From Octopus sinensis (taxonomy: Eukaryota), in NCBI RefSeq assembly GCF_006345805.1, contig NC_043002.1, forward strand, positions 103,912,001 through 103,976,000: a stretch of DNA of 64,000 bases. Reading direction: 5' to 3'. Each line of letters starts with the position of its first letter. The stretch's first letter is position 1. Made by a program: the position numbers and the translations under genes. The notes below the pieces were generated by a model. The model was not told the origin of the DNA, did no database searches, and saw only the letters and a list, made by a program, of their open reading frames with translations. This document shows positions 40,674 through 53,999 of the stretch, one piece after another.

Positions 40674-40901
40674 TGATTACAACCGTTTCGTAATCATCTC
40701 AAGATTACAGCGCTTTCATTATTATCTCATTATTAATTGTAAAATATTAAATTAATGCATAAACCAAGAGGCATCTTTGGTATTATATATTACAAAAATA
40801 TCATTATATAATACAACATTATATAATAATATAATTTGATGCGTTAAATGTAATAATTAATATGATTAATAATTAAGATGATTACGATACGGCTGTAATC
40901 A
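40674..40901. repeat. Degenerate inverted repeat with GAAAC-ggtt-GTA remnants
   Basis: 26-bp arms 40674-40699 and 40876-40901 with 2 mismatches. Confidence 0.65.
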
Positions 40902-41317
40902 GAAACAACTCATATGGAAAAAATAAATCTATTTTGTCCTCATATCTCTAAATTTTATGACTATCCCTTCCTCATCGCAGAAATATATGCAATTTGTATG
41001 TCCTGCAGGGAGACGTTAAACTATATTGTAATTTAATTACTATGTGAACTGATAACCGAATCATTGCGAGGGTGCTTACTGTGAAACCAGCTTGATTCCC
41101 TGAATTCAGTTCTCTAAACTATATGTGTATATATTTATATATATATCAACAGAGAGACTCTTCGTTAGGGGGAGGTAGAATAAAGGAGTCATTAATAGGG
41201 AGAGTTAAGAGCACAGGGCAAAATTGAGATATTGTTTGGGAGTGAAAAGGAAGTGAGTGGAGGTGATTTAGAAGAAGAAGAAGAGAAGAAGAAGAAGAAG
41301 AAGAAGAAGAAGAGAAG

Positions 41318-41350
<33 letters not shown>

Positions 41351-41719
41351 TGAGTCACTGAGAACACTGACTGTTATATAACATTATTTTCCAAGCTTCA
41401 TATGGGAGGAGGTCACGAAACTAGGAGAATATACAGTAGAGTTAAAGAACAAGGAGGGCTAAAAATAATATGAAGGGAAGATATGAATTAACAGGAAAGA
41501 CAGATCAGTCCCCTGTTGGGTATAATAAGTCTGGTTGAACTTCTCGCCACCTAGATGTTGGAAATCATACAAGTTTGTAAGGGTGTGAAAGGAGTTTTAG
41601 GACATTAAGAAAGGAATGCAAATGCAGACGAAAGAGATCAAGTTAGGGACAAGGCAGAGAAAGGAATTATATTTAAGAAAATTGTAATCACGTAGTTAAA
41701 CATAGTTTACAAATTTTGA

Positions 41720-42318
41720 TTGAAAGCTATTTCGATTGAGCGGAAAGTCGATCACACCGACCACAGCACTCAATTGATGCTTGTTTTATCGATCTCGAAC
41801 GGATGAAAGGCAACGTTACTTTCGATGGAATTTAAACTGATAACTTAAAGACGGACGAAATGCCACGAATAATTTTACTTGCCATGCTAACCATTAAGAC
41901 AGCTAGCCGCCCTAACGTGAGTAAGTATACTTTTAAACACTAGGCACACGACACGAAATTTGACGGGGCGGAACTATTCGATTAGATCGACCCCAGAACG
42001 CTTCATTTATCGACCCCGAAATAATGAAAGGCAAAGCTGACCTCGGTGGAATTCGAACCCAGAACGTAAAGATAGACGAAATACCTATTTCTTTACTACC
42101 CACAATGGGCTAAACACAGAAGGGACAAACAAGGACAGACAAAGAGATTAAGTCGATTACATCGACGCCAGTGCGTAACTGGTACTTAATTTATCGACCC
42201 CGAAATGATGAAGAGCAAAGCCGACTTCGGTGGAATTTGAACCCAGAATATAAAGATAGATGAAATACCGCTAAGCACTTCGCCGGCATGCTAAAGTTTC
42301 TACCAGCTCGCCACCTTA
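41720..42318 (-). mobile_element. Cluster of three Meta-like SINE units (one tandem dimer plus an older copy)
   Basis: Three occurrences of TTTATCGA.C.CGAA..ATGAA.G.CAA...GAC.TCG.TGGAATT. Confidence 0.85.
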
Positions 42319-42601
42319 ATGCGGATAAGTATGAAATAATATCTAAAAGACAAAAAAATGCATAGTTATAAGGGTAGATGAAATGTAACGCTACTTGTTT
42401 AGTCGGACAATAAGGAGGTCGAACTAAAACTGGTGACTAAAAGTAGCAAAATAATATATATATATATATGTATGTATGAGTGTGTGCATATGTATGTATA
42501 TATATATGTATATAATTAATGAAGGATACAATTTCTTTCGGGGAAAAAATTTCATCAATGGCCAGCATATAAAAAAATACCTTTAAAGGTTAAATTTATA
42601 A

Positions 42602-42971
42602 ATAATTTACAATATAAGGTCAAAAGAAAAAATTCTAATGCCAAATATGCCGAAAAAGAGACAGGAATTGTCAACCATTATAATTTATGCGTCTCGAAAT
42701 AAACCGATAGAAATTTCTAAAAAATTCGTTATTACCGTATTGGACCAATTTCGGAGTTAATTCATAAGAATTTTCTCCTCTTCACCGGCGAATACGCGAG
42801 ATATAAGTGAAATACTTACTCATACCCACGGAAAAAGCAAACACCAAGTCCTGAGCAGACCTAAGCACCCCAACGAGACGCATAAATTATAATGGTTAAT
42901 TGACAATTTCTGTCTTTTTTTCGGCATATTTTGCATTAGAATTTTTCTTTTGCCCTTATATTGTAAATTAT
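42602..42971. mobile_element. ~95-bp inverted repeats enclosing a degenerate minus-strand hammerhead; probable Penelope-like terminal repeat
   Basis: Arms 42602-42696 and 42874-42971; minus 42790-42740 reads GUGAAGA-GGAG...CUCC-GAAA-uug-GUC. Confidence 0.7.
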
Positions 42972-42984
42972 ATATGTATATATA

Positions 42985-43036
<52 letters not shown>

Positions 43037-43060
43037 GTGAGTGTGTGTGTGTGTGTATAC

Positions 43061-43091
<31 letters not shown>

Positions 43092-43124
43092 ATATATATA
43101 TAATGTGTGTGTGTGTGTGTATAC

Positions 43125-43184
<60 letters not shown>

Positions 43185-43244
43185 GTATATATACATATAT
43201 ATATGTATATATATACATACATATAGAAGATACTGAACTATGGT

Positions 43245-43740
43245 AAACTGGAGATGTATTGAAGAGGCAGTGTCTGCAGAAGTGTGTTGCTTCCCTTTGG
43301 CAGGTCAGCTTACTGTGGAAACTCATTGAAATTAGAGGGACACTGCTACAGAGATTGCATGGAGTTTTACCAACTTCATACGGCTTTTCCGTTCTAATAA
43401 TGGACCAAATAATATTGTAAGGAATGTTATTGTTCTTAAGATATAATTAGGGTATGATTAGCTAATGAAGTGGTAGTTTTGCGCAAAATTTCTGACTTCA
43501 TTAGCGTTTAGAATGGTGCCTCATACGTTGTTTATTTTTCAGTCTAAGATGATATTTGGTGCAAAAGATAATTTAATAAAACTAGTAAAATCTTGTGTGT
43601 GAGATTGTCGGACTAATTGTAGGACAAAGTCTTGTCGGATATAATTTCAGAGAGCCATCTATATATTAAACATAATGCAAATGCAGAGCTGAAAGGCAAA
43701 TTTGCTGCAGTATCATCCAAAGATAACATTTCTTATATGA
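43245..43740 (-). mobile_element. Penelope-like element GIY-YIG C-terminal remnant
   Basis: IKLSFAPNII...KQRMRHH...[39 protein letters not shown]...REATHFCRH matches the PLE T.LS.YIW.LK...Y.I.WSI...CNLC...CRH pattern. Confidence 0.75.
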
Positions 43741-44126
43741 CTGCTCCGCCTGAAGAAAATAAACCAACGAAAGAAGGTGAAAATTGACTGAGCCACAGCT
43801 AACAAGAACACCAAGTGTATTTCGCTTAGGTCGATCTTCTCATCTTGTCGTTCATCGATGTATTTATATTCGGTATGATACACAGATAGCTATTCTATTT
43901 AACGCTTCTCTTGCTCAAAGACACACATTTACTCATCCGGGCGGACATTCGCATTGCAAGTGAACTTTACACATTGCTTCCTATATATCAGAGACGAAAA
44001 TCTCTCGGCATATGGATGGTTATGAGTTGATAACATCCAGCTAGGCCGAAAGTATCGGACGTTTTCGATAGCAGCCGGTAGGAAAATTCTTGTTGCCTAC
44101 CGATGTATATCTATCTACCTACATAC

Positions 44127-44211
<85 letters not shown>

Positions 44212-44247
44212 AATCTATCTTTCTTTCTTTCTATCTATCTATCTATC

Positions 44248-44300
<53 letters not shown>

Positions 44301-44766
44301 GTCTGTCTATCTATCAATCTGTGTGTCTGTCTGACTGTCTATCTGTGTGCATATTTGTAAGTATGTATGTATGTATGGGTGTGTGCATGTATGTGGATTT
44401 CAGATTTTGGAACAAAAGCACAAGACCGGGTATTTGTGGGAGGGTGTAAGTCGATTTCATCGCCCTCACGATTTGATGGTGATTAATCCTGATTGAATGA
44501 AAGGCAAAGTAGACTTCCTCGGAATTTCTTCTCAGAACGTAAAACGGTTGAACTGCCGACCGGTAAGCATTTGGTCCGGCATCCCAACCATTCTGCGAAC
44601 CAGCTTTCTCGCCCCACTATCTCTCTCTCTTTCTAACTCTCTATCTCTCCATCCATTCCCTTGTCTCTCTTTCTCTCTCGATATATATATATATATTATA
44701 TATATATATTATATATATATAAATATATATATATATAGATATATATACATACATATATATATACAT

Positions 44767-44806
<40 letters not shown>

Positions 44807-44907
44807 TATATATATTATAATTGCATTTCAAAATGTAACCACATTTGAATCGTTCGTGACTTTTTTCCCCTCCGTCTTCCTTTCTCTTGGACTTTCCTCT
44901 GCCTCCT

Positions 44908-44942
44908 GTTTTTGAAGAAGAACTTTGCGCGAAGCGTAAAAC
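44908..44942 (+). ncRNA. Degenerate minimal hammerhead (further family)
   Basis: GTTT-tTGAAGA-a-GAAC-ttt-GCGC-GAAgC-GTA-AAAC; two core changes, stem I intact. Confidence 0.4.
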
Positions 44943-45617
44943 CATTTTTCAGTGTGTGCTAGTACTTTGTCTTGCTGTTTATCTTGCCTTAGTGTTTATC
45001 TTTTTATTTCTTGTGTTTTTTTTTGGGGGGGGGGATGTAATGGACTCATAGGTGAGTGGTGCCTGAATAAAACCTTATAACTTCTATAACTCTAAAACTT
45101 ACTGTTCCTGTGCAAAAATTAGAAAGAAATATTAAAGTATAATATTATTAAAATATTATATTAACGTGTTTTACTATTATTTTTGAAGCCACCATCTGTA
45201 TTTGATTTCTCGTTCCAAATTTCATGGGAACTCATGCTCAATAAAGTAGTTTATCAAGGTAAAACTTTAAATACGGATATTGTTATTATATTAAATTAGC
45301 TTCCTTTACGTCGTGAGTTCAAATCCCATTGAATCTTACTCTAAGCGCCAATATTCTACGTTTGGCGAAATAATGTAACGCTCAAATACTGATATATTAC
45401 AAATCAACACAATCTCACAATCTACACAAATCAACACAGACTCTCGTGGTTATTTCCTAAATCTCCCTACTTTTTCTTGTTGTTCGTATGTAAGTCAGTC
45501 TTGATCTAGCCAACATATGATGAACGAAAATGTAACCCTGAGCATGGTGCGTGTTTTGTGGTATAATATCAAGCTGTTATTAAGTGGTGTTTTTCCACAT
45601 CTATAACGTGTGGCCAC

Positions 45618-45854
45618 TGTTGTGATTGTAGCAGTTGTATCTACTCTTGTGACCACGATGATTTCTTAGTATCGGATACAGCGTACGTCTTCTATGCCGG
45701 AATGGTAATACACCGCTCCGTCTATCATGCTATCGCTCATCGCCCTGCAAGACACTAAATTTGAACCGCCTACCTTGGCTGTGACTCGAACTCGACTGTA
45801 GCACGTACATGACACTCAACACCAGCTAATAACTAGTACAACGATTCTACAACA
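45618..45854. mobile_element. Solo LTR (237 bp)
   Basis: Starts TGTTGT, ends ACAACA, flanked by 5-bp direct repeat GCCAC (45613-45617 and 45855-45859). Confidence 0.75.
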
Positions 45855-46682
45855 GCCACACAACTCCCTGTAGTTTCTGACGTCGTCTCACTTTATAGTG
45901 GCCCTTTCATACAACTTATATCACATCGGTGTACTATTTCAATAACAATGCAAGCATTGTACGATACAGTTTGTCTGTTTTGAATGGTGTATTTGTCTTT
46001 GGGTGATTTAAATAGACATGACTAGAAAATCCATTTCATTTAGAAGCCACTTAGTTAATCACTTGCTGACACTATTCTTAAGATGTTTTTATTCTTGTTT
46101 TTTTTTCTCGGTGATTAATCCCAGGTAATGAGACAAAGCAAAAAAAAATAGGAAACATAATATTGCATTAAGAATTGTAGTAGGCTCCGAATTAAATGCA
46201 ATCCAAAGAAGAATATCTAGTCAGGTTTGTGCCCATTTTATCAATTTTATCAATTAGGTATGGTTGCTGTTTGCGGCAACTACTGCGCCATAAAAAAAGA
46301 TTGCTCAACGGATCGTTAAAACAATGACTGCTATCATTTATAGGATACTGAAAAACCGAATTCACTGTGCTACTTTGAAAATTTTCTTTGGAGTCTCAAT
46401 ATAAATTCCTATGGGTCAAATTTGCTTGTTTTCATATCGCCACAATCAATGGAAATAATAAATACATTTAACGCATTTTGATAAATTTAGTTCCAAACGA
46501 AGAACTTATGTCAATATGATTAACTGAAGACGTGGATGCATTGCTCCAGCATGACCGTAAAGAGTATAAACGAACAAGCGCAACATCGCTTATGAATCGA
46601 ATATTTTCATCCACTTAAGCTATAAATTGCTTTGAGCAAATTCTGAAAATCATTTTGATCATGACCATCATCATAATTCTTG

Positions 46683-46729
<47 letters not shown>

Positions 46730-47039
46730 TATTATTATTATTATTATTATTATATTATTATTATTATCATTAATATTATTATATTATTATTATTATTATT
46801 ATTATATTATTATTATTATTGTATTATTATTATTAATATTATTATTGTTATGATTATTATTATTATTATTATTATTTATTATTATTAATATTATTATTGT
46901 TATTATTATTGTTATTATTGTTATTATTGTTATTATTATTATTTCAAGTCATGTTCTGTTGAAATTGTTGGTGTTGTTGTTCTTATCCTTATTAGTATCA
47001 CAGCTGATGCAGTTATTGTTTTTTTTATTTTCACGGTCT

Positions 47040-47490
47040 TTTTTTTTTCTTTGTTATTAGTATTGGAAGCGGACACCCATCAGTGTAGTAGGTGGCAGAA
47101 TGGGCTGTCGGCGGCAGCGGTGACTGCGGCGACTAAGGCGGCAATGGAAGCTGCAATACAATAAAATAGGTGAAATCTAACAGACGGTATTATATAACTA
47201 TCCCAGCAGTCAGTCTGATTCGTATATAGGGAAAAAAAAAACACAAAGCAAATCCCAAACAAAAATCAAAAAAACAACTACAACAACTTCACTGAAAGCA
47301 TAACATCACAGACGCAGAGTGCATTGTATAATAGTCTATTGTTGTTACATTAAGATCACTTACTGTGCTGCAAACTGCCTTACACTGACGGTGGTGCAGC
47401 CAGATGCATTGCAGACACGTTCATTTATGCATCATGCAGTGTAGCTTTCCTTCCGCACTCAATGAACACAGAAGACACTATTATACGACT
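47040..47490 (-). other. Candidate spliced non-coding/UTR exons in unique, GC-richer sequence
   Basis: Minus: acceptor TTTACAG| at 47490, donor GTAAGT at 47363, acceptor TTTTATTGTATTGCAG| at 47151; all three frames of exon 47364-47490 contain stops. Confidence 0.35.
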
Positions 47491-47791
47491 CTGTAAACAC
47501 TCAGATCCGAGAGCAGAGCGAATCGACAAGCCAAGATGCATTCCAAGATAAAGCGTTTATTGCTCTTTCAAATTACTTCCTACATATGCATATAAAAAGT
47601 TAAGTCTCGTGATAAAAAAGGGCAAAACTTATATCTACGTATCTATCTATCGATGTATCTATCAGTCTATCTATCTGTCTAAGTACCTATCTATCTTTCT
47701 ATCTATCTATCTATCTATCTATCTTCTATCTATCTATCTATCTATCTATGTATCTATCTATCTATCTATCTGTCTATCTATCTATCTATCG

Positions 47792-48021
47792 AGGCGGCGA
47801 GCTGGCAGAAACCTTAGCACACCGGGCGAAATGCGTAGCCGTATTTCGTCTGCCGTTACGTTCTGAGTTCAAATTCCGCCGAGGTCGACTTTGCCTTTCA
47901 TCCTTTCGGGGTCGATAAATTAAGTACCAGTTAAGCACTGGGATCGATATAATCGACTTAATCCGTTTGTCTGTCCTTGTTTGTCTCCTCCGTGTTTAGC
48001 CCCTTGTGGGTAGTAAAGAAA
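47792..48021 (+). mobile_element. Full-length Meta-like SINE inserted in (TATC)n
   Basis: GGCGGCGAGCTGGCAGAA...GAGTTCAAATTCC...GGGTAGTAAAGAAAT, with (TATC)n on both sides. Confidence 0.9.
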
Positions 48022-48055
48022 TCTATCTATCTATCTATATCTATCTATCTATCTA

Positions 48056-48104
<49 letters not shown>

Positions 48105-48452
48105 ACTTGATCAAGCTCTCTCTCTCTCTCTCTCATGTGTGTATATGAGTAAAGATACGAACACAAATGTTTGTGTACGTGTGTAAATGTACAAACACGC
48201 ATATGTATATACTTATGTACACAAATTCATACGTATATGTGTTCATGTGTATATACATAACGAGTACATTACAACAGATATCACATCCAATTAAATACAC
48301 ACCTATACCATTACTTTCTCTTTTCATTCGTCCGCGCTCTCAAAAGGGCATAAAGAGAAGTTCAAAGACCTTTAATAGTCTCCCAATCCACTGATATCAA
48401 CAGACAACAGGTTCATTGCACCGACAGAGTTCGTGGTTGGCTACGTTGCATA

Positions 48453-48533
<81 letters not shown>

Positions 48534-48700
48534 TGATGTTGAAAAGGTTAAGAGGTTTCACATGATTAAATTTATATTAAAAAAACGAAAAAATATGCTT
48601 TGAGAAATTTATCATGGATAAAAAAAGTATTTAAATATACCATGAATCTATGCTACAGGTCTTCACCTCCCACTCCTTGAATTGCTACTGCTGCTGCTGT

Positions 48701-48744
<44 letters not shown>

Positions 48745-48847
48745 AGCGTCCATTAGAAAAAAACAGTAGGACTGCGCAAGAACTAGGTATTTGCAATGCA
48801 AGTTTCTTAAGCAGACAGCTATATCTTCCCCTGTTAGTGCATTGTGT

Positions 48848-49408
48848 GGAGACACATGGCCTGTAGTTAGATCAGCGGACTCACCGTCCGGTTAAGTGAA
48901 CGTGGGTTCGTATCTCCGACCGGTCTATGTGTGTGTTTATGAACGAAATACCGAATCTCCAAGCGGCTCCGGCAGAAGGTAATTGCGAAATTCTGCTGAC
49001 TCTTTCGCCACAAAATTCTCTCACTCTTTTTTATATCTCCACTACCTACAAGGGGCTAAACACAGAGAGGACAAACAAGGACAGACAAACGAATTAAGTT
49101 GATTATATCGACACCAGTGCGTAACTGGTACTTATTTAATCGACCCTGAAGGGATGAAAGGCAAAGTCGACCTCGGCGGAATTTGAACTCAAAACGTAAC
49201 GGCAGATGAAATACTGCTAAGCATTTCGCCCGGCTCGCTAACGATTCTGCCGGCTTGCCACAAAATTTTCTCACTCTCTCCTCCTACATGTAGGAGCTCA
49301 CATGCGACGGAGAGGCGTGCTGTCCAAGTGGGGAACCTATACGCCAATAAAACCGGGAAACCGGCCTTTATGAACCAGGCATGGTTGGAGAAGGAACAAA
49401 CAACAAAA
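48848..49408 (+). mobile_element. Older OR-type SINE split by a minus-strand Meta-like SINE (~49040-49259)
   Basis: Head related to 35645; 21-bp direct repeat GCCACAAAATTYTCTCACTCT at 49007-49027 and 49257-49277. Confidence 0.8.
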
Positions 49409-50018
49409 TGAGTGCATTGTATCGCTCAGGAATGTGCTTTTAGGCCCTTCTATATTCAGTATTTCGTACAAAAATATCTCTGTTTCGTAAATCGTGTTTT
49501 ACTTATAAAACTTTTTAATGATTTCCAGTTATTGCATAAAAACCCACTGAAATATTTGTTGAATCCTCCAAAAGCTTAATGGCAATTCAGCAAAAAATAT
49601 TTGTTGTGCAAATTTCTGAAGTTGTTCATCATTAATGATTTGTAGGTAAGTGGCACTTCGTTATGCAGCCATAATATACTATAAAGAATAAGAAATGTTT
49701 TTATAGGTCAATACCACGTACTACTACTTAATAAGAGGACATGTTGTATGTGAACTACTTCAAGTTTCATGTACAGTTATCCGACATGCTGCTATATCAT
49801 AACAGGTAGTCTCCTGCAATCGTTGTCACGAAATAAACGGTGACATTTCTTGAGAAAGTACCCATGACTATTGAACCTGAAGCCAGGATTGCAGAATTGT
49901 GCACGGAATGCGATGTAAACCGTGAAACTGCTACATACCTACATACATGCATACACACACACACACACACACACACATATATGTATATATACAGTCATAC
50001 ATACATATATATATATAT

Positions 50019-50049
<31 letters not shown>

Positions 50050-50294
50050 GTCATACATACATACATATATATATATATGCTTACGTGTAGGATTGTAAAT
50101 GTACGCGTTTGATATGTGTGTTTGTCTGTATATATGGGCAGATAATTAATTTTAAGGATAGAGTGTGACAGGGAAAGAAATATGAATGCTCCCGTGCACC
50201 ATCTCAACAAACAATTCCGTTGGTATATCTAGCTACAGGCAACTTCACTATCATAATTCTTCTCTAACATTTTGTATATGATATACACACCGCG

Positions 50295-50333
<39 letters not shown>

Positions 50334-50397
50334 GTGCGTGTGTGTAAATATTTATATGCATACATACGTATTTACACACACACACGCGCACGCACAT

Positions 50398-50431
<34 letters not shown>

Positions 50432-52820
50432 GTATGTATATATATACATACTTATATATGTGTGTGTGTATGTATGTATTTATGTGTGTATATGATTAGA
50501 ATGTGTTCACGCACGTGTGAAATTGACTTCGGATCTATCCGCGCATTGTGTAGATCGCGAAGCGATGAATTCTTGTGGAAAAACAATGATAAATCTGTTG
50601 ACATATCCAATGAATCACTTTCGGTTTATATATATCTCGGAAAAATTTCTCTAAGAATTTATTCAGTTCCAAAAATATGTGTATTTGTGTGTGTGTCCGT
50701 ATTTCTTGTCAGTATATATCTATTTTTCTATGTCATTGTGAATTTTGATACAGTTAATGCAATGTCTTATTTTCCAACTTTTCTTATTTTAACTGAACTC
50801 ATCGGCCAGTTTTTATACTTTATCATGGAAATAATTGTTTATATATTTTGTAGGGTATATTAACCATGTAATCAGAGATATGAATGCTGGTTGTAACTTC
50901 ATTGTAATTATTTAACTGAATATGGCTGGAACATGTACGGAACTTACCAACGTAGGTACACTTTTTAGTTTAAAGGTGTAAATTTTGTCCACTCGGTTAT
51001 TGCTTCACCTCTGATCTTTATTGCAACAACGAGGAAATCTACTTAAATAACCGTATCCTCTAATGCGGCCATTCATAGATTTCAACAAGAAAATGTCCTT
51101 AGGCCATAGGTAACAGGGTTTATCACCTGCGTTGCACCGGTGAGTTCTTCATGTTGGTAACTCAGGAAATGTTCGTTTTTAATTCAAACCAACTGATCTC
51201 GAAATATTGATCATCAGAAGAAGAATATTGTTTCAGAAACTTCGTTGGGCCAAAGACTGTAAATACCAAAACTACTCATATAAATTTCCTTTGAAGTTCT
51301 TAGAGATTTACTTCCCTGTGGAATGATTTTTTTTAAAATATTCAAGTAAAAATATTAACGTAAATACACATTCAGCCTCAGCGAATATTTTTCGACCAAA
51401 TTTAGGTTTAAGGACATTATAAATAGATTGCAAACAATGACATTCGTAAAAAATTATGCCCATGGGTTTTATAGAATAAGGTAGAATTAACATTCCATTG
51501 TGATATTAACTCTTTCCGTACATCGGACAAATAGCTGACTTTTGAGTATAGAATAATCGACAATACGAACATGTGATCACTTCGAAGTTCCAATTTAGAA
51601 CAGAGGGACTGCTTAACTAAGAATTGTATTGATAGGAGGGGAAAAAGACATGAATAATATATATTAATGGTAACTGGGTAAGAGATGTTAGGAGTAGTTT
51701 CAGACCAGCATTAGCTACAGTGCATTTTAGTGCCGCAGTTTCTAATTTTGTGAAAGAAGCAAGCATAGACATGATTAGCATACAAAAGGACGATGTATTG
51801 TTAAAGTGAAGAGGAAATTAGTTGTAAGATACTTTACTTTCTACTTTTTCATTTTCTTTTCTCAGATAGAACGTAACTTGCTTTGCATTAAATATTATGT
51901 CATTTACTTTCCGAACAAGATTGAGTACAGACTAAGACATCACTACTACTTCTAGCAGATCGTGTGGGTCTATAAAAGTTCTATGTATATGAGACCTTTA
52001 CCAGTTGAGCACCTCTGCTGTGAGGAACGGTAGATGTTTCAAATAAAAATATTTACACTGATTACCATGCAAATATCCTCGAAAATGCTATAATGATAAG
52101 GTATGTTAATGAGTTTAAAACACATCCCTTATATACGAACACTCATATCTGTTATACAGCAGATGCTTACATGCATGTGTATGTGTGTGTGTGTATGTAT
52201 GTCTGTCTGTATGTAGGAATTTTGATGCAAATACAAAGGGTCAGTTTGACATTGTTTTTGATCTCTAAAATCCGTTAGCATTCTTACACGAGTAATCGCC
52301 TGACGGTCTCTCTAATATGTGCAGAAATCTATTAAAATTCATATGATTAGCGAAACAGTATAATTTGTATACATAAAATATCTCTGTTAGCATTAGCCAC
52401 AAATACCAGCCATCGAATTAGCATTTTTACTCTTTATAGGAAGACAGGGAGGCGGTGAAACATGCAACAGACCTCTAATCTATCAAAAGTTCACGCAGTG
52501 CGTTCTAGCGTCATATATACAACGCATTAGCTTCATGAATTCATAGGTTTTTCAGTTCAAACCAAAAACACTGGTCGTGGCTTGAAGAAAAGAAAGAATA
52601 GAGAATTTTTGCTTTGTTGTTGTTGTTTTTTTTTTCGTATAGTTGTTGTTGTTGATGTTATTGTCGTTTAATTTAAGTTTCTCCCTGATCAACCACATTA
52701 TGATATACATCATGCGATATTTTTGAAGCTGTCGATTATATGAATAAATTAATAGATATTCATTTCCATATTCGTATGTATATATGTGCGTATATGCATA
52801 TATGTATGTATATATGTGTA

Positions 52821-52887
<67 letters not shown>

Positions 52888-53148
52888 ATATATAATATAT
52901 ATATAATATATATATAATATATATATATATACATATAATTATACATACATATATGTATACATAAATATGCACATACATATATGTATGTATATTTATATAT
53001 ATATATATATATATATATACCCTCACTTATGCATACATGAATAAATATACTAAAATGCCTCTGTGTGTATGTGTGTGTGTTTATGTGTGTGTGTGTGTGT
53101 GTGAGAGTGTGTGCGTGTGTGTGTGTGTGTTGTGTGTGTGTGAGAGAG

Positions 53149-53205
<57 letters not shown>

Positions 53206-53608
53206 AATGCTTTCGAAATGGAAGAAGTGCGAGAAAATTGAGTAATTTGAATAACAGTCGCCCCGTTGTTTTTGTTCAGGCTCATTATGTATTCTCAATT
53301 CATACCCAGACGGGGGGCAAGCTTTCCTTTCGTCATTCCAAGGACTCTAAAATAAAACACATCTCAAGAACCGAGGTCGATTTTATCGACTTTGCCCTCC
53401 CACTACGGATTTCTAAAGTTCTGCCTTTCCTAAACATGATGTTATATAATTAATTCAAAACTTTCCAAACAGCTCGTATATACATATACAATGTCGTTAT
53501 TACAAACTATTTGTTCACTAATGAAAGTATAGAAAAGAAGTTACGTGTGAAAGTTTATTGGAATGCAATATGTAAAGTTTCACCATATATTTTGATAAAA
53601 CCATTCTA

Positions 53609-53643
<35 letters not shown>

Positions 53644-53999
53644 ACACACACACACAGATTTATATATCGGTTAATGTCCTGGAAGAATAATGTATTTTTA
53701 AGAAGGCCATATTTAATGGTAAATAAAATGTAGGAACCGTGTTCGATCTTTCGACGTTTCCTTGTATCTGTGATTGGACTTCAGCCACGCTGAGACACCT
53801 TGAACGATTTGTCTTCAGTGCATAATGTATTTTTAATTAAGGTGCTAATTCTATCGGCATCATTTACCAGAGTGCAATGTACGACCGACGCAAACAAAGT
53901 AACACCTGTTTTCAAGCAGTGGGTCGCTCGAAACACATTCGTAGGCTTGTCGGCCCGCTGCTGTTAGAGAAGTAACACAGGCATTTGAACAAATTTGTT

